DNA of 64,000 nt. It comes from Actinomycetota bacterium. Its GTDB lineage: Bacteria > Actinomycetota > Acidimicrobiia > Acidimicrobiales > MedAcidi-G1. The notes under the pieces are model-generated. The model was not told the origin of the DNA and did not search any database. It saw only the letters and a list, made by a program, of their open reading frames with translations. Position numbers and translations under genes: made by a program. Location: NCBI GenBank assembly GCA_036123585.1, contig JAZADN010000047.1:17375-81374 (forward strand), in the 5' to 3' direction. Position 1 is the stretch's first letter, and each line of letters opens with the position of its first letter. Below are positions 37,931 to 47,260 of this stretch, one piece after another.

Positions 37931-39151
37931 TCAGGCCTCAGCAGCGACTCCGCCGGCGGCGGACTGCTCCTCGAGATCCAGTGCCTCCTCGGCGGCGGCC
38001 AGCAGGCGGGCCGAGCAGCCGGCCATGTCGACCGGTGGCGCTGCCTCGTTCACGATGCGATCCACCACGACCCGGTAGGCGTCGGCCGCTGGGCCGTCGC
38101 CGAGGGCTACCGGACGGCCCACGTCGCCACCGGCGGCCACCGCGCCGTCCAGTGGGATGCTGCCCAGCAGCGGCGCCCCGACCTGATCGGCCAGCGATTC
38201 CCCGCCGCCCGTACCGAACAACTCGTGCCGGCTGCCATCGGGCGCCACGTAGGTGCTCATGTTTTCGACTACGCCGACGATCCGCAGGTAGTTGGACCGC
38301 CCCATGTTGGCTACCCGGACTGCCACCTTCTGGGCGGCCAGCGCCGGAGTGGTCACTACCAGCATCTCGGCCTGGGGGAGCATCTTGGCCAGTCCCATCT
38401 GCACGTCGCCGGTACCCGGCGGCATGTCGATCAGCAGGTAGTCCATTTGGCCCCATGCCACGTCTTCGCAGAAGTGCTGGACGGCCCGGTTCAGGATCAG
38501 ACCCCGCCACATCAGTGCCGATTCCTCATCCTCGACCAGAAAGCCCATCGATACGACCTTCAGGAGGCCGTCGCCGACCGGCACCTCGATGGGCTGGATC
38601 TTGCCCACTTCCGGTGAGCCGCCCAGGCGACCCTCCACGCCCAGCATCCGGGGCACGGAGAAGCCCCAGATGTCCGCGTCCATGACCCCAACGGTGAAGC
38701 CCTTTGTGGCCAAGGCGGCTGCCAGGTTCACGGTCACCGACGACTTACCGACCCCGCCCTTGCCGGAGGCCACCATGAGGATGCGGGTGGTGGCCGACAC
38801 TTCGGTCTCCGGGGCGTTGCGGCTTACGTTGAAGCGGGCCTTGGCCATGGCCGTGGCCTTCTCCTCGGCCGTCAACTCGTCCCACTTGAGGTGGACTGAC
38901 GACACGCCGGGTAGCCCACCCACCCGGGCTCGGACTTCGCGCTGGATCTGGGCGCGTAGCGGACAGCCAGAGGTGGTCAGGGCGATGGTGACGTCGATCC
39001 GGCCGTGGTCGGCGATCGAGACCGACCTGGCCATGCCCAGTTCGACGATGTCGGTGCCCAGCTCGGGGTCGATGACCCCGCGGAGCACGCCCATCACGTC
39101 GTCTTCACTGGGGAGAGATGCGGAGAACGTCGCGTGATCGTCCATGGTCAC
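37931..39151 (-). CDS. Mrp/NBP35 (ApbC) family Fe-S cluster carrier ATPase
   Basis: DUF59-like N-domain (VIDPELGTDIVELGM), deviant Walker A (SGKGGVGKSS), and a ParA-like core. Confidence 0.9.
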   Translation of the reverse strand: MTMDDHATFSASLPSEDDVMGVLRGVIDPELGTDIVELGMARSVSIADHGRIDVTIALTTSGCPLRAQIQREVRARVGGLPGVSSVHLKWDELTAEEKATAMAKARFNVSRNAPETEVSATTRILMVASGKGGVGKSSVTVNLAAALATKGFTVGVMDADIWGFSVPRMLGVEGRLGGSPEVGKIQPIEVPVGDGLLKVVSMGFLVEDEESALMWRGLILNRAVQHFCEDVAWGQMDYLLIDMPPGTGDVQMGLAKMLPQAEMLVVTTPALAAQKVAVRVANMGRSNYLRIVGVVENMSTYVAPDGSRHELFGTGGGESLADQVGAPLLGSIPLDGAVAAGGDVGRPVALGDGPAADAYRVVVDRIVNEAAPPVDMAGCSARLLAAAEEALDLEEQSAAGGVAAEA

Positions 39152-39240
39152 AGCGTACGGCCGCCGGTCCGTTAGGCCTGATCGGCCCGCAGTCTGTACA
39201 CTTGATCAGACCAAAACACCGGGGATCTGGGAGGACTTCG

Positions 39241-39561
39241 ATGATCACCCTGACCGACGAGGCCACCAACAAGGTGGGCCAGTTGATCGCAGCCGAGGAC
39301 GAAGACGACCTGGCCTTGAGGGTCGCCGTCCGGCCGGGCGGCTGTTCGGGCTTCAGCTACGAGATGTACTTCGACACCGACAGGTCCGACGATGACCTAG
39401 AGGAGGCGTTCGGCGATGTCCGTGTCGTGGTCGACCCGTCCAGCGCCCAGTTGCTCGAGGGTGCCACGCTCGACTACAAGGACGGCCTGAACGAAGCCGG
39501 GTTCTCGATCGACAACCCGAACGCCCAGCGCACCTGCGGCTGTGGCCAGTCGTTTAGCTGA
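39241..39561 (+). CDS. HesB/IscA/ErpA-type iron-sulfur cluster insertion protein
   Basis: GGCSGFSY and C-terminal CGCGQSF motifs. RBS GGGAGG. Confidence 0.9.
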   Translation: MITLTDEATNKVGQLIAAEDEDDLALRVAVRPGGCSGFSYEMYFDTDRSDDDLEEAFGDVRVVVDPSSAQLLEGATLDYKDGLNEAGFSIDNPNAQRTCGCGQSFS

Positions 39562-39667
39562 TCCATCCTTGACCGCTCGCCAAGGCCCATCTGCGGGGCC
39601 GGAGCGGCCACTTGGCCGGCACCTCGGCTCCGGATCTCCTGGTTTTCGGTAGTCCCGGGACGGCTGC

Positions 39668-40651
39668 TCAGATCGCGCTTCCGAGTGCGTCGGCCACCTC
39701 GGTGGCGTCCATGGTGAAGTGGAGCGCGGCGGTCACCTTGCCGTCGGCGTCGGCTGCTACCAGGCTGGGCTCGAAGGCCATCCCGAGGGCGCCCACCACC
39801 GGCGTCGGGGTGAAGTCCCCGGCATCGGGAGCCATGTAGACCTCGGCGTGGACCGCCCTCCAGTTCTCGCCGGCCGGCCGGGCGGCCAGGGCGTTGGCCA
39901 GCAGTCCGACGGTGGGTCCGCATACGTCCTGCTGGCAGAACCGCGGCGTTGATATCAGCAACGCAGTGGGTCCGCGTTGCTCGCGGGCATCTACCAGCGA
40001 CGAGGCGTGGAAGCGACAAGGTCCGGTGGCCAAGGTGCAGATCGGGTCCACACCGCGGGGGTCATCGATTGTCGGGGTTGCGACCGCGGGCAGCGGGTCG
40101 CCCAACTGGACGAGTGCCAGGTCGGCGGGATCGGCAAGGCGGAGGTGGTGGACGTCGGGCAGCGTGGTGCCTTCGACGGTGGCTTCCACCACGAAGTCGC
40201 CGGGATCGGGCGCTTGGAATCGGAAAGGGTAGTAGGGGGTGGCCTGACCATCCCCGTGGCGGGCCACCGAGGCCGAGGCGATGTCCGGTCCCGGGGCGCC
40301 GTTGGGGCCCACGGCGCGGAGCACCAGGCCGACGGCGTCGGGAGCATCGTCGATCATCGGCCAGCCGTCGTCGCCGAGAAGAACGTAGGGCGCGCGCTGG
40401 GGTGGTCCGGCGGCCAGGGCGGTGGATGCCACGTAGCCGTCGGCGAAGCGGGCTCCCAGTCGGCGAGATCCCATGGTGGAAGCGGGCGCCGTGGCCGAGG
40501 CTGCCGTGTCGGTCCCCACCGCGCCACCGCACCCAACCAGCAGGCCTGTCCCGGTGGCCGCAGCCAGCATGCCGAGGCCGGTGAGCACGTGGCGGCGGGT
40601 CGGGTCGGCCGGTGGTCGGGTCCCAGAGGAACGGGGAGAGCGGGGAGCCAT
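39668..40651 (-). CDS. Tat-signal lipoprotein of unknown function
   Basis: Twin-arginine motif (TRRHVLTGLG) followed by lipobox (LLVGCGG). Contains a C-x4-C pair (FCQQDVCGP). Confidence 0.6.
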   Translation of the reverse strand: MAPRSPRSSGTRPPADPTRRHVLTGLGMLAAATGTGLLVGCGGAVGTDTAASATAPASTMGSRRLGARFADGYVASTALAAGPPQRAPYVLLGDDGWPMIDDAPDAVGLVLRAVGPNGAPGPDIASASVARHGDGQATPYYPFRFQAPDPGDFVVEATVEGTTLPDVHHLRLADPADLALVQLGDPLPAVATPTIDDPRGVDPICTLATGPCRFHASSLVDAREQRGPTALLISTPRFCQQDVCGPTVGLLANALAARPAGENWRAVHAEVYMAPDAGDFTPTPVVGALGMAFEPSLVAADADGKVTAALHFTMDATEVADALGSAI

Positions 40652-40689
40652 CGACGACGACCGTACCGGTGACGGGGCACACTCAACGG

Positions 40690-42294
40690 GTGGAGGCCGA
40701 CTGCACCGTCGAATTCGTCGTAAACGGTGACGCGGTCGAGGTCTCCGACGACGGAGCTACTCTGCTTGACGCTTTGCGGGTCTCTCTGGGCCACCGGTCG
40801 GTCAAGGACGGGTGCAGCCCGCAGGGCCAGTGTGGGTGCTGCACGGTGCTGGTCGACGGGCAGCCCCGGGTGTCGTGCGTGACCCCGGTGCGGCGGGTGG
40901 CCGGCAGGACCGTCACCACCTTCGACGGCCTGCCCGCTGACGAGGTGGCCCGGTGGGAAAGTGCTTTCTGCACCACCGGCGGGAGCCAGTGCGGCTTCTG
41001 CACGCCCGGCATCGCCGTGCGCTTCGCCGGACTGCTGGCCGCCTCGCCCGATGACCCGCCGGTCCGCGACCGGGCAGCCCGGGCCCTCTACGCCCACCTA
41101 TGCCGCTGCACTGGCTGGCAGACCGTCCTAGATGCCTGGGATCGAGGGGTGGGTGCAGAGGTCCAGGTCGACCTGCCCAGACCCGCGACCGATCTGGGGG
41201 CTGCGGCTCGACGCGCGACAATCGAAGGCCGGAGCCCACAGGTAGTGGGCCCGGACGTGGTCCGGGGTCGGGGTGGATTTGCTGCTGACACGGCCCCCGA
41301 TGGCCACCTGGTGGCCGTGCCCCGAGACGGAATCCCCGACGGAAGATGGGACGACCCGGAGGCCTGGGTGGTCGCCGACGCTCTGGTTGAGGCGCGGCGT
41401 CTTTCGGGCAAGGTGCAGGGCCGCCGGACCACCGCCGAGGTGGTGCCTCCGCTGGAGGCCCCGACCGGTGACTGGGATGCCGTGTTGCGGACTTGCTGGG
41501 TGGAGCCGGCGCCTCTGGAGACCGACTCCGTCTGGTGTGAGCCCGGCGGTGAACCAGTCGGACCGCTGGCCAACGGTGGCGCATTCGGTGCCAAGGCGGC
41601 CTCGCCGTTGTCCGCCGTGGCGCGTGCCCTTGCTGATCGGCACGGCCGCCCGGTGCTGTTGGCTCCGTCCCGGGAGGACACCGTCCGATACGGCGCCAAG
41701 CGGCCGCCAGTGGGCGGTGGGGCACGGGCAGACGGTACGGGCGTGCTGCGCGTGGCCCGCACTCCGGGGATCGCCGAGGCGGTGGCCACCGTGGCCCCTG
41801 GTCTCGAGGTCATCGAGGTCGACGTGGCCGGCCCGCCCACGTCGGCGACCATTCGTGCCGCCGGGTGGGCCGAGGCGATCGTGCTGTTGGTGGGTGCCGG
41901 GGCGATGGAGCCAGGCTCGTCGATCTGGTCGCCGGATGGTGCTGAGGCCACGGCGATTGTCGAGACCGTTGGCGACCGGACTGGCATCCGGGTCGTCGTT
42001 CGGTGTGGCGAGGTCCTCGACGAAGTCGTCCTGAGGTCCTACTGCGTGGGCGCTGCTCACATGGCGTGGAGCTGGATCACCTCGGAGGGACTCTCGGTCG
42101 ACGGCGACGGCACGGTCCACGACTTGACCATCCGGTCTTTCGGGATTGTGCGGGCCGCCGAGACGCCGACCATCACCGTCGAGATGGTGTCCGACGGCGG
42201 TGGGCCGGTCAACGGCTCGGATGCCGTGTTCGCCGCAGTGGCCGCGGCGACCTGGCGACACCTCGGCTGTCCGTCGGACCTGCCCGGGGGTTGA
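40690..42294 (+). CDS. xanthine-dehydrogenase-family protein: [2Fe-2S] small-subunit domains fused to a short molybdopterin-subunit-like region
   Basis: GCSPQGQCGCCTV and GGSQCGFCTPG...LCRCTGW [2Fe-2S] motifs. The C-terminal part has GGAFGAK...GRPVLLAPSRED resembling the MoCo subunit. The start is uncertain (GTG 40690 or 40669). Confidence 0.7.
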   Translation: MEADCTVEFVVNGDAVEVSDDGATLLDALRVSLGHRSVKDGCSPQGQCGCCTVLVDGQPRVSCVTPVRRVAGRTVTTFDGLPADEVARWESAFCTTGGSQCGFCTPGIAVRFAGLLAASPDDPPVRDRAARALYAHLCRCTGWQTVLDAWDRGVGAEVQVDLPRPATDLGAAARRATIEGRSPQVVGPDVVRGRGGFAADTAPDGHLVAVPRDGIPDGRWDDPEAWVVADALVEARRLSGKVQGRRTTAEVVPPLEAPTGDWDAVLRTCWVEPAPLETDSVWCEPGGEPVGPLANGGAFGAKAASPLSAVARALADRHGRPVLLAPSREDTVRYGAKRPPVGGGARADGTGVLRVARTPGIAEAVATVAPGLEVIEVDVAGPPTSATIRAAGWAEAIVLLVGAGAMEPGSSIWSPDGAEATAIVETVGDRTGIRVVVRCGEVLDEVVLRSYCVGAAHMAWSWITSEGLSVDGDGTVHDLTIRSFGIVRAAETPTITVEMVSDGGGPVNGSDAVFAAVAAATWRHLGCPSDLPGG

Positions 42295-42376
42295 CCGACG
42301 GCTGGTCGGGCAGAAAACGCCGTGGCAGGCTGCGTCCAGGCGCGGCGCGGGTCGTGCCCTGAGCATCGGAGTCCCC

Positions 42377-42724
42377 ATGACCAAGCCTGTCGGTCCCTAC
42401 ACCCCTGTCGTCCGTGCCGGCGACCTCCTTTTCGTCAGCGGGCAGGTTGGTTTGGTCGACGGCGCTCTGGCCGAGGGCGGCTTCGATGCCCAGGCAGTCC
42501 AAGGTCTTGCCAACCTGCGGTCTCAACTCGAGGCCAACGGGGCCTGCCTTGACAACGTGGTCAAAACCACCGTCTTTTTGACAGACATTGGGGATTATTC
42601 GGCCATGAACGAGCTCTACTGCGAGGCGTTTGGCGACCACCGCCCAGCCAGGTCATGTGTGGCGGTGGCCGCTTTGCCCATCGGCGCCGTCTTCGAGGTC
42701 GAGGCGATCGCCCACGTCGGCTGA
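42377..42724 (+). CDS. RidA/YjgF-family reactive-intermediate deaminase
   Basis: PVGPYTPVV...LFVSGQ...VKTTVFLTD...RPARSCVAVAALP...VEVEAIA. Confidence 0.9.
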   Translation: MTKPVGPYTPVVRAGDLLFVSGQVGLVDGALAEGGFDAQAVQGLANLRSQLEANGACLDNVVKTTVFLTDIGDYSAMNELYCEAFGDHRPARSCVAVAALPIGAVFEVEAIAHVG

Positions 42725-42794
42725 TCTTCGTGGTGGCCGGATCCGCTCGGCTCGCGGAGTGCACCGGCCCGGCATGGGATGGCAGACTGCATCC

Positions 42795-42980
42795 ATGCTC
42801 GGTGCGGTGCTGATGATCTTGCTGCTCGTCATAGTGATGCCCATCGGGATTCTGGTCAGCGGGGCGGTCGCCGCTTCGCTGCTCGGCGGACTCCTGAAGA
42901 AGGACGCGGATGCCAGCCACGAGGGTTCGGAGCTGCTCGAACTCTCCGAGGCGAACCCCTACGCGGGTCCCGCCGACTGA
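42795..42980 (+). CDS. small single-pass membrane protein (hypothetical)
   Basis: MLGAVLMILLLVIVMPIGILVSGAVAASLLGGLL followed by an acidic tail. The start could be 42774. Confidence 0.35.
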   Translation: MLGAVLMILLLVIVMPIGILVSGAVAASLLGGLLKKDADASHEGSELLELSEANPYAGPAD

Positions 42981-42996
42981 CGAACCCCTCCGTCGG

Positions 42997-43674
42997 TCAG
43001 GCGCCCCAGCGGCTCTGTCCGAAGCGATAGCCCACCGACCGGACGGTGTGGATCAGGCCTGCGTGCTCTTCGCCGAGTTTGGCCCGCAAACGTCGGATGT
43101 GGACGTCCACGGTGCGGGCCCCGCCGTAGTAGTCGTAGCCCCAAACCCGGCTGAGCAGTGTCTCCCGGGTAAAGACCTTGCCCGGGTGGGCGGCCAGGAA
43201 GCGGAGCAGCTCGTACTCCATGTAGGTCAGGTCGAGCGGATCGCCGTCGATGGTCGCCTGGTAGGTCTCCAGGTTCAACGCCAGCGGCCCGTACCCGATG
43301 AGCTCGGGCCGGGTACCCCGGCCCGTCCTCGCGAAGAGGTGTTCGATGCGGGCCCGCAATTCGGCAGGGCGGAGTGGCGTCAGGCAGAAGTCGTCGAACA
43401 GGTCTTCGCGAAGTTCCAGATCGGCTAGTTGGCCGCCCCCGACTAGTAGCAGCAGCGGCTGGAGTGGCGTCTCCACCTTGCGGAGCCGTCGACATAGGGC
43501 GAAGGCTCCCTCGGGATCAGCGTCAGCCACCACCACGGCGCCGGCCCATTCTTCGCGGGGCTCCTCGGCGGCGGTCTCCGCGTTCGCCACGGCCTTCCAA
43601 GTCCAGCCGTCCAGGTCCAGACACTGGGCCAGTTCCGGTGGCGGTGGGTCGGGGTAAACGAGGAGGGGTTCCAT
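42997..43674 (-). CDS. glnR: GlnR-like OmpR-family orphan response regulator (degenerate receiver)
   Basis: C-terminal winged helix (LTYMEYELLRFL...RTVDVHIRRLRAKLG...TVRSVGYRF). The receiver lacks the DD acidic pocket and the conserved Lys. Adjacent to glnA and glnII. Confidence 0.7.
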   Translation of the reverse strand: MEPLLVYPDPPPPELAQCLDLDGWTWKAVANAETAAEEPREEWAGAVVVADADPEGAFALCRRLRKVETPLQPLLLLVGGGQLADLELREDLFDDFCLTPLRPAELRARIEHLFARTGRGTRPELIGYGPLALNLETYQATIDGDPLDLTYMEYELLRFLAAHPGKVFTRETLLSRVWGYDYYGGARTVDVHIRRLRAKLGEEHAGLIHTVRSVGYRFGQSRWGA

Positions 43675-43813
43675 GGCGACTCCGCGGGTCACCGAGGGTG
43701 CCCCGAGCCCCCATTCTGCCGGAATCCACCGCATGTTGACTCGGGGGGTTTCGGGTCCCTTCCTGTCCGCCCTCCCGGGTGACCGGCCAGATCCCCCGGT
43801 TGGGAGTGGCTGC

Positions 43814-45208
43814 TCACCAGTTCGGGAGGTACGTCTCGAGTTCGAACGGGGTGACCTGCCGCTGGTATTCGGACCACTCAGCCCTCTTGTTACGGAGGAA
43901 CCACTCGAAGATGTGGTCGCCAAGGGTGTCGCGGACCAGCGTCGACGCCTCCATCTCGTCGAGTGCTTCCGACAAGTCGACCGGGAGGTTGGCCACGCCT
44001 AGGTCTCGCTGCTCGTTGCGGCTCAGGTCGTAAAGGTTCATCCGGGCCTCGGCAGGTAGAGGCATCCCCTCGTCGACACCCCGCAGGCCGGCAGCCAACA
44101 GGACTGAGAAGGCAAGGTATGGATTACAGGCCGGGTCCAGGGCCCGGTACTCGATCCGGGTCGAGTCCACCTTCCCGGGCTTGGGAATGGGCACCCGGAC
44201 CAGGGCCGACCGGTTGTTGCGCGCCCATGAGACGTAGCGGGGCGCTTCGTACCCTTCGTTGATCCGCTTGTAGGAGTTGACAAGTTGGTTGGTCACCGCG
44301 GTGATCTCCCGGGCGTGGTGGAGCAGTCCGGCGATGAACGACCGGGCCACGTCCGAAAGGCCGTCTTCGGAGTCCACATCATGGAAGGCGTTCTCCCCGC
44401 CGCGGAACAGCGACAGGTGGGTGTGCATGCCCGAGCCTTGAACGCCGTTGAGCGGCTTGGGCATGAACGTGGCGTACACGCCTCGGTCCATGGCGATCTT
44501 CTTGACGGCCAGTCGCAACGTCATGATCGAGTCGGCCATGGTCAGCGCGTCGGTGTACTGCAGATCGATCTCGTGCTGGCTGGGGCTGTCCTCGTGGAAC
44601 GAGTACTCCACCGGGATGGACAGTGCTTCGAGCATGTGCAGGGTCTGCTTGCGCAGGTCGGATGCCACGTCGGTGGTAGTTAGGTCGAAGTACGAGGCCC
44701 GGTCCAGGAGCGCCGGTTCCGGCCCGCCATCGGCGAAGTAGAAGAATTCGACCTCCGGGGCGCAGAACATTTCGAAGCCGGCCACCCGGGCTCGCTCCAG
44801 GTTGCGGCGTAGCACCTGACGGGGGTCGCCCTCGAACGGCGTGCCGTCCAACCCGGTGATGTCGCAGAAGATGGTGCCCGATGGCTCGTCCGGGTCGGCC
44901 CACGGCAGCAACTCGAACGTCGACGCGTCAGGACGGGCCAATACGTCGCTCTCCTGGACGCGACTGAAACCGTCGATGGCCGACCCGTCGAACTGAAGAC
45001 CCTCGAGGAACACTGCCTCGAGCTCAGCCGGCGAGATGGCCACCGACTTGTGGCGTCCCAGCACGTCGGTGAACCACAAGCGGATCAGGCGGACGCCGCG
45101 CTCCTCGACCGTCCGCAGGACGTAGTCCTGCTGGTCGCGACGTCGGGCCTCTGGGTCCGGGCGACCGGCCGCGGCCGGATCGGATGTCGAATCGACCTCG
45201 GTGAACAT
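43814..45208 (-). CDS. glnA: glutamine synthetase type I (GlnA2-like)
   Basis: FVLRTVEERGVRLIRLWFTDVLG..., FDGSAIDGF, and GSGMHTHLS motifs. ATG 45208 preferred; ATG 45256 is possible. Confidence 0.9.
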   Translation of the reverse strand: MFTEVDSTSDPAAAGRPDPEARRRDQQDYVLRTVEERGVRLIRLWFTDVLGRHKSVAISPAELEAVFLEGLQFDGSAIDGFSRVQESDVLARPDASTFELLPWADPDEPSGTIFCDITGLDGTPFEGDPRQVLRRNLERARVAGFEMFCAPEVEFFYFADGGPEPALLDRASYFDLTTTDVASDLRKQTLHMLEALSIPVEYSFHEDSPSQHEIDLQYTDALTMADSIMTLRLAVKKIAMDRGVYATFMPKPLNGVQGSGMHTHLSLFRGGENAFHDVDSEDGLSDVARSFIAGLLHHAREITAVTNQLVNSYKRINEGYEAPRYVSWARNNRSALVRVPIPKPGKVDSTRIEYRALDPACNPYLAFSVLLAAGLRGVDEGMPLPAEARMNLYDLSRNEQRDLGVANLPVDLSEALDEMEASTLVRDTLGDHIFEWFLRNKRAEWSEYQRQVTPFELETYLPNW

Positions 45209-45259
45209 GGTTCCAGCATGCGGGCCATGTCGTTCGATCACCAGTGCGGGTGGCATACG

Positions 45260-45297
45260 TTCACACGGCGTTCACAGACAGGGAACAGTTGCGAAAC
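45260..45297. promoter_or_regulatory. GlnR-box-like operator in the glnA/glnII divergent region
   Basis: TTCAC-n6-TTCAC-n6-GGAAC-n6-GAAAC (pentamers at 45260, 45271, 45282, 45293; 11-nt phasing). This matches the actinobacterial gTnAc-n6-GaAAc architecture. Confidence 0.55.
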
Positions 45298-45384
45298 TGT
45301 GTCTCCCCTAGTTTTGTGGGCGTCCGGCAATGAGGCCGATCGACCCTGCCGACCCGACGACGATTCCACGAAAGCGAGACCGAC

Positions 45385-46398
45385 ATGGCTATCAGGGCTG
45401 AGTACATCTGGATCGACGGCACCGTGCCATTGCCCTACGTCCGTTCCAAGACCAAGATTCTTGACGACGACTCGAACCTGCCCATTTGGGGCTTCGACGG
45501 GTCGAGCACCAACCAGGCCCCTGGCGACAATTCGGACTGCGTGCTGCGTCCGGTGTTCTCCTGTCCCGACCCGATCCGTGGTGGCGACGACATTCTCGTG
45601 CTGTGCGATGTGTGCCTGCCCGATGGGAACATGACCCCACACCCCACCAACACCCGAGCGGCCTGCGTGGAGACGTTCGAGAAGTACGCCGACCAGGAGC
45701 CGATCTTCGGCATCGAGCAGGAGTACACCTTCTTCCTGGAGGGCCGCCCACTGGGTTGGCCAGTCGAGGGTTACCCGGCCCCGCAGGGCCCGTACTACTG
45801 CGGCGTGGGCGCAATCGAGATAGCTGGCCGCGACATCGTCGAGGCGCACACCAAGGCCTGTATAGACGCCGGCTTGGCCCTCTCGGGCACCAACGCCGAG
45901 GTGATGCTCGGCCAGTGGGAGTTCCAGATCGGCCCGGTCGACACGGTGGCAGTGGCCGACCAGGTCTGGATGGCCCGATACCTGCTTTACCGCGTCGCTG
46001 AGAACTTCGGCGTGGACGCCTCGGTGGCCGCCAAGCCCATTAAGGGGGACTGGAACGGCGCCGGCGCCCACACCAACTTCTCCACCAACGCCATGCGTGA
46101 GGGCTATGACGCCATCATCAAGGCCTGCGAGGCGCTGGGCGCCGAGGGCAAGCCGCAGGAGCACATCGCCGGGTACGGCCTCGGTTCGGAGGAGCGCCTG
46201 ACTGGTGCCCATGAGACCCAGCGCTTTGACCAGTTCAGCTATGGCGTGTCCGACCGCGGAGCCTCGATCCGCATCCCGTGGCAGGTCCACCTGGACCAGA
46301 AGGGCTACATCGAGGACCGTCGCCCCAACGCCAACATGGACCCTTACGTGGTCACCCGACTGATCACAAACACGTGCTGTGAGGCTCTCGCGTCGTGA
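45385..46398 (+). CDS. glnII: glutamine synthetase type II (eukaryote-like)
   Basis: AEYIWIDG..., WGFDGSSTNQA, and a 337-aa length typical of Streptomyces/Frankia GlnII. Confidence 0.9.
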   Translation: MAIRAEYIWIDGTVPLPYVRSKTKILDDDSNLPIWGFDGSSTNQAPGDNSDCVLRPVFSCPDPIRGGDDILVLCDVCLPDGNMTPHPTNTRAACVETFEKYADQEPIFGIEQEYTFFLEGRPLGWPVEGYPAPQGPYYCGVGAIEIAGRDIVEAHTKACIDAGLALSGTNAEVMLGQWEFQIGPVDTVAVADQVWMARYLLYRVAENFGVDASVAAKPIKGDWNGAGAHTNFSTNAMREGYDAIIKACEALGAEGKPQEHIAGYGLGSEERLTGAHETQRFDQFSYGVSDRGASIRIPWQVHLDQKGYIEDRRPNANMDPYVVTRLITNTCCEALAS

Positions 46399-46483
46399 CC
46401 ACAGGAGCGGGAGACCGGTCCTACTGACGGTCTCTCGGCTGGGTGTGATCTTCCATCTGGCTGACTGGTTCGAGTCCGAGACT

Positions 46484-46522
46484 GAGTCCCCCCGGTTCCG
46501 ACCCGGGGGGACTCGTCGTTTT
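46484..46522 (+). terminator. rho-independent terminator downstream of glnII
   Basis: GAGTCCCCCCGG-(7 nt)-CCGGGGGGACTC followed by GTCGTTTT. An additional hairpin GAGACCG...CGGTCTC lies at 46411-46434. Confidence 0.7.
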
Positions 46523-46698
46523 CGAAGGTCGGGAAGTCGCTTTCCCGAGTCTCAGCCGGCGCAAGTTCGAGCGGGTCGCTTTCGTCTGGCTTTCATGGCC
46601 GGGCCCTTTGCCCGTCATCATCAGACCCTCACACGGGGCCTGCATTGTGGGCATTGCCCGACAGATCTGCCGGGCCTGTCGAATCTGAGGAGAGCCCG

Positions 46699-47256
46699 AT
46701 GAGTGAGATGAACGACCGAACAAAGAACAGGTGGCGGCCGGTCAGGATCGCCGCGGCAACCGGGTCGGTGGTGGCCGGCTCATTGCTGGTGGCCGGCTTG
46801 GCCACGACCGGGCCGGCCGGCGCCCACCCGGTGGAGACTCGCCAGGTGGAGGCCTCCCAGGTGGAGAAGGGTGACCGACCTGTCCACCGCCCGGGCAGCC
46901 ACCGCTCCCACTTCGTGAGCAGGCTGGCCGACTTTCTTGACCTGGACCGCCGTGTTCTCGGTGAGGCCCTGCGTAGCGGCGCCACTCTGGCCGATCTAGC
47001 CGGTGACCGGACCGACGAACTGGTGGCCGAACTAGTGGCGGCGTCGACCGACCGGATCGAGCGAGCCGTCGCCGGCTGGCGCCTCGACCAGGACCGGGCT
47101 GACGAGATCCTGGGGCGCGTCGAGGCGAGGGTCGAGGCCCGTGTCCGCGGTGAACGCCCGAACCATCTCCATGCTCCGACCCGCCGGGATCGAGGGCGCG
47201 GCCTGAAACTAGCGCCCCCGGGGCCGAAGGCCGGTCGGGGGGCGTCGGTACGATGA
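46699..47256 (+). CDS. secreted hypothetical protein
   Basis: RBS GAGGAG. Signal peptide ...LLVAGLATTGPAGAHP. No recognised domain. Confidence 0.5.
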   Translation: MSEMNDRTKNRWRPVRIAAATGSVVAGSLLVAGLATTGPAGAHPVETRQVEASQVEKGDRPVHRPGSHRSHFVSRLADFLDLDRRVLGEALRSGATLADLAGDRTDELVAELVAASTDRIERAVAGWRLDQDRADEILGRVEARVEARVRGERPNHLHAPTRRDRGRGLKLAPPGPKAGRGASVR

Positions 47257-47260
47257 CCCT

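Noticed and set aside
41128-42384. 418-aa minus-strand ORF (and 41088..41987)
   Set aside because: Both are antisense to the xanthine-dehydrogenase-family gene, which has unmistakable [2Fe-2S] motifs on the plus strand.
46455-46482. GGTTCGAGTCC T-loop-like motif suggesting a tRNA or tmRNA 3' domain
   Set aside because: The flanks give at most 3 bp of T-stem, with no acceptor stem and no CCA context. It lies between two terminator hairpins.
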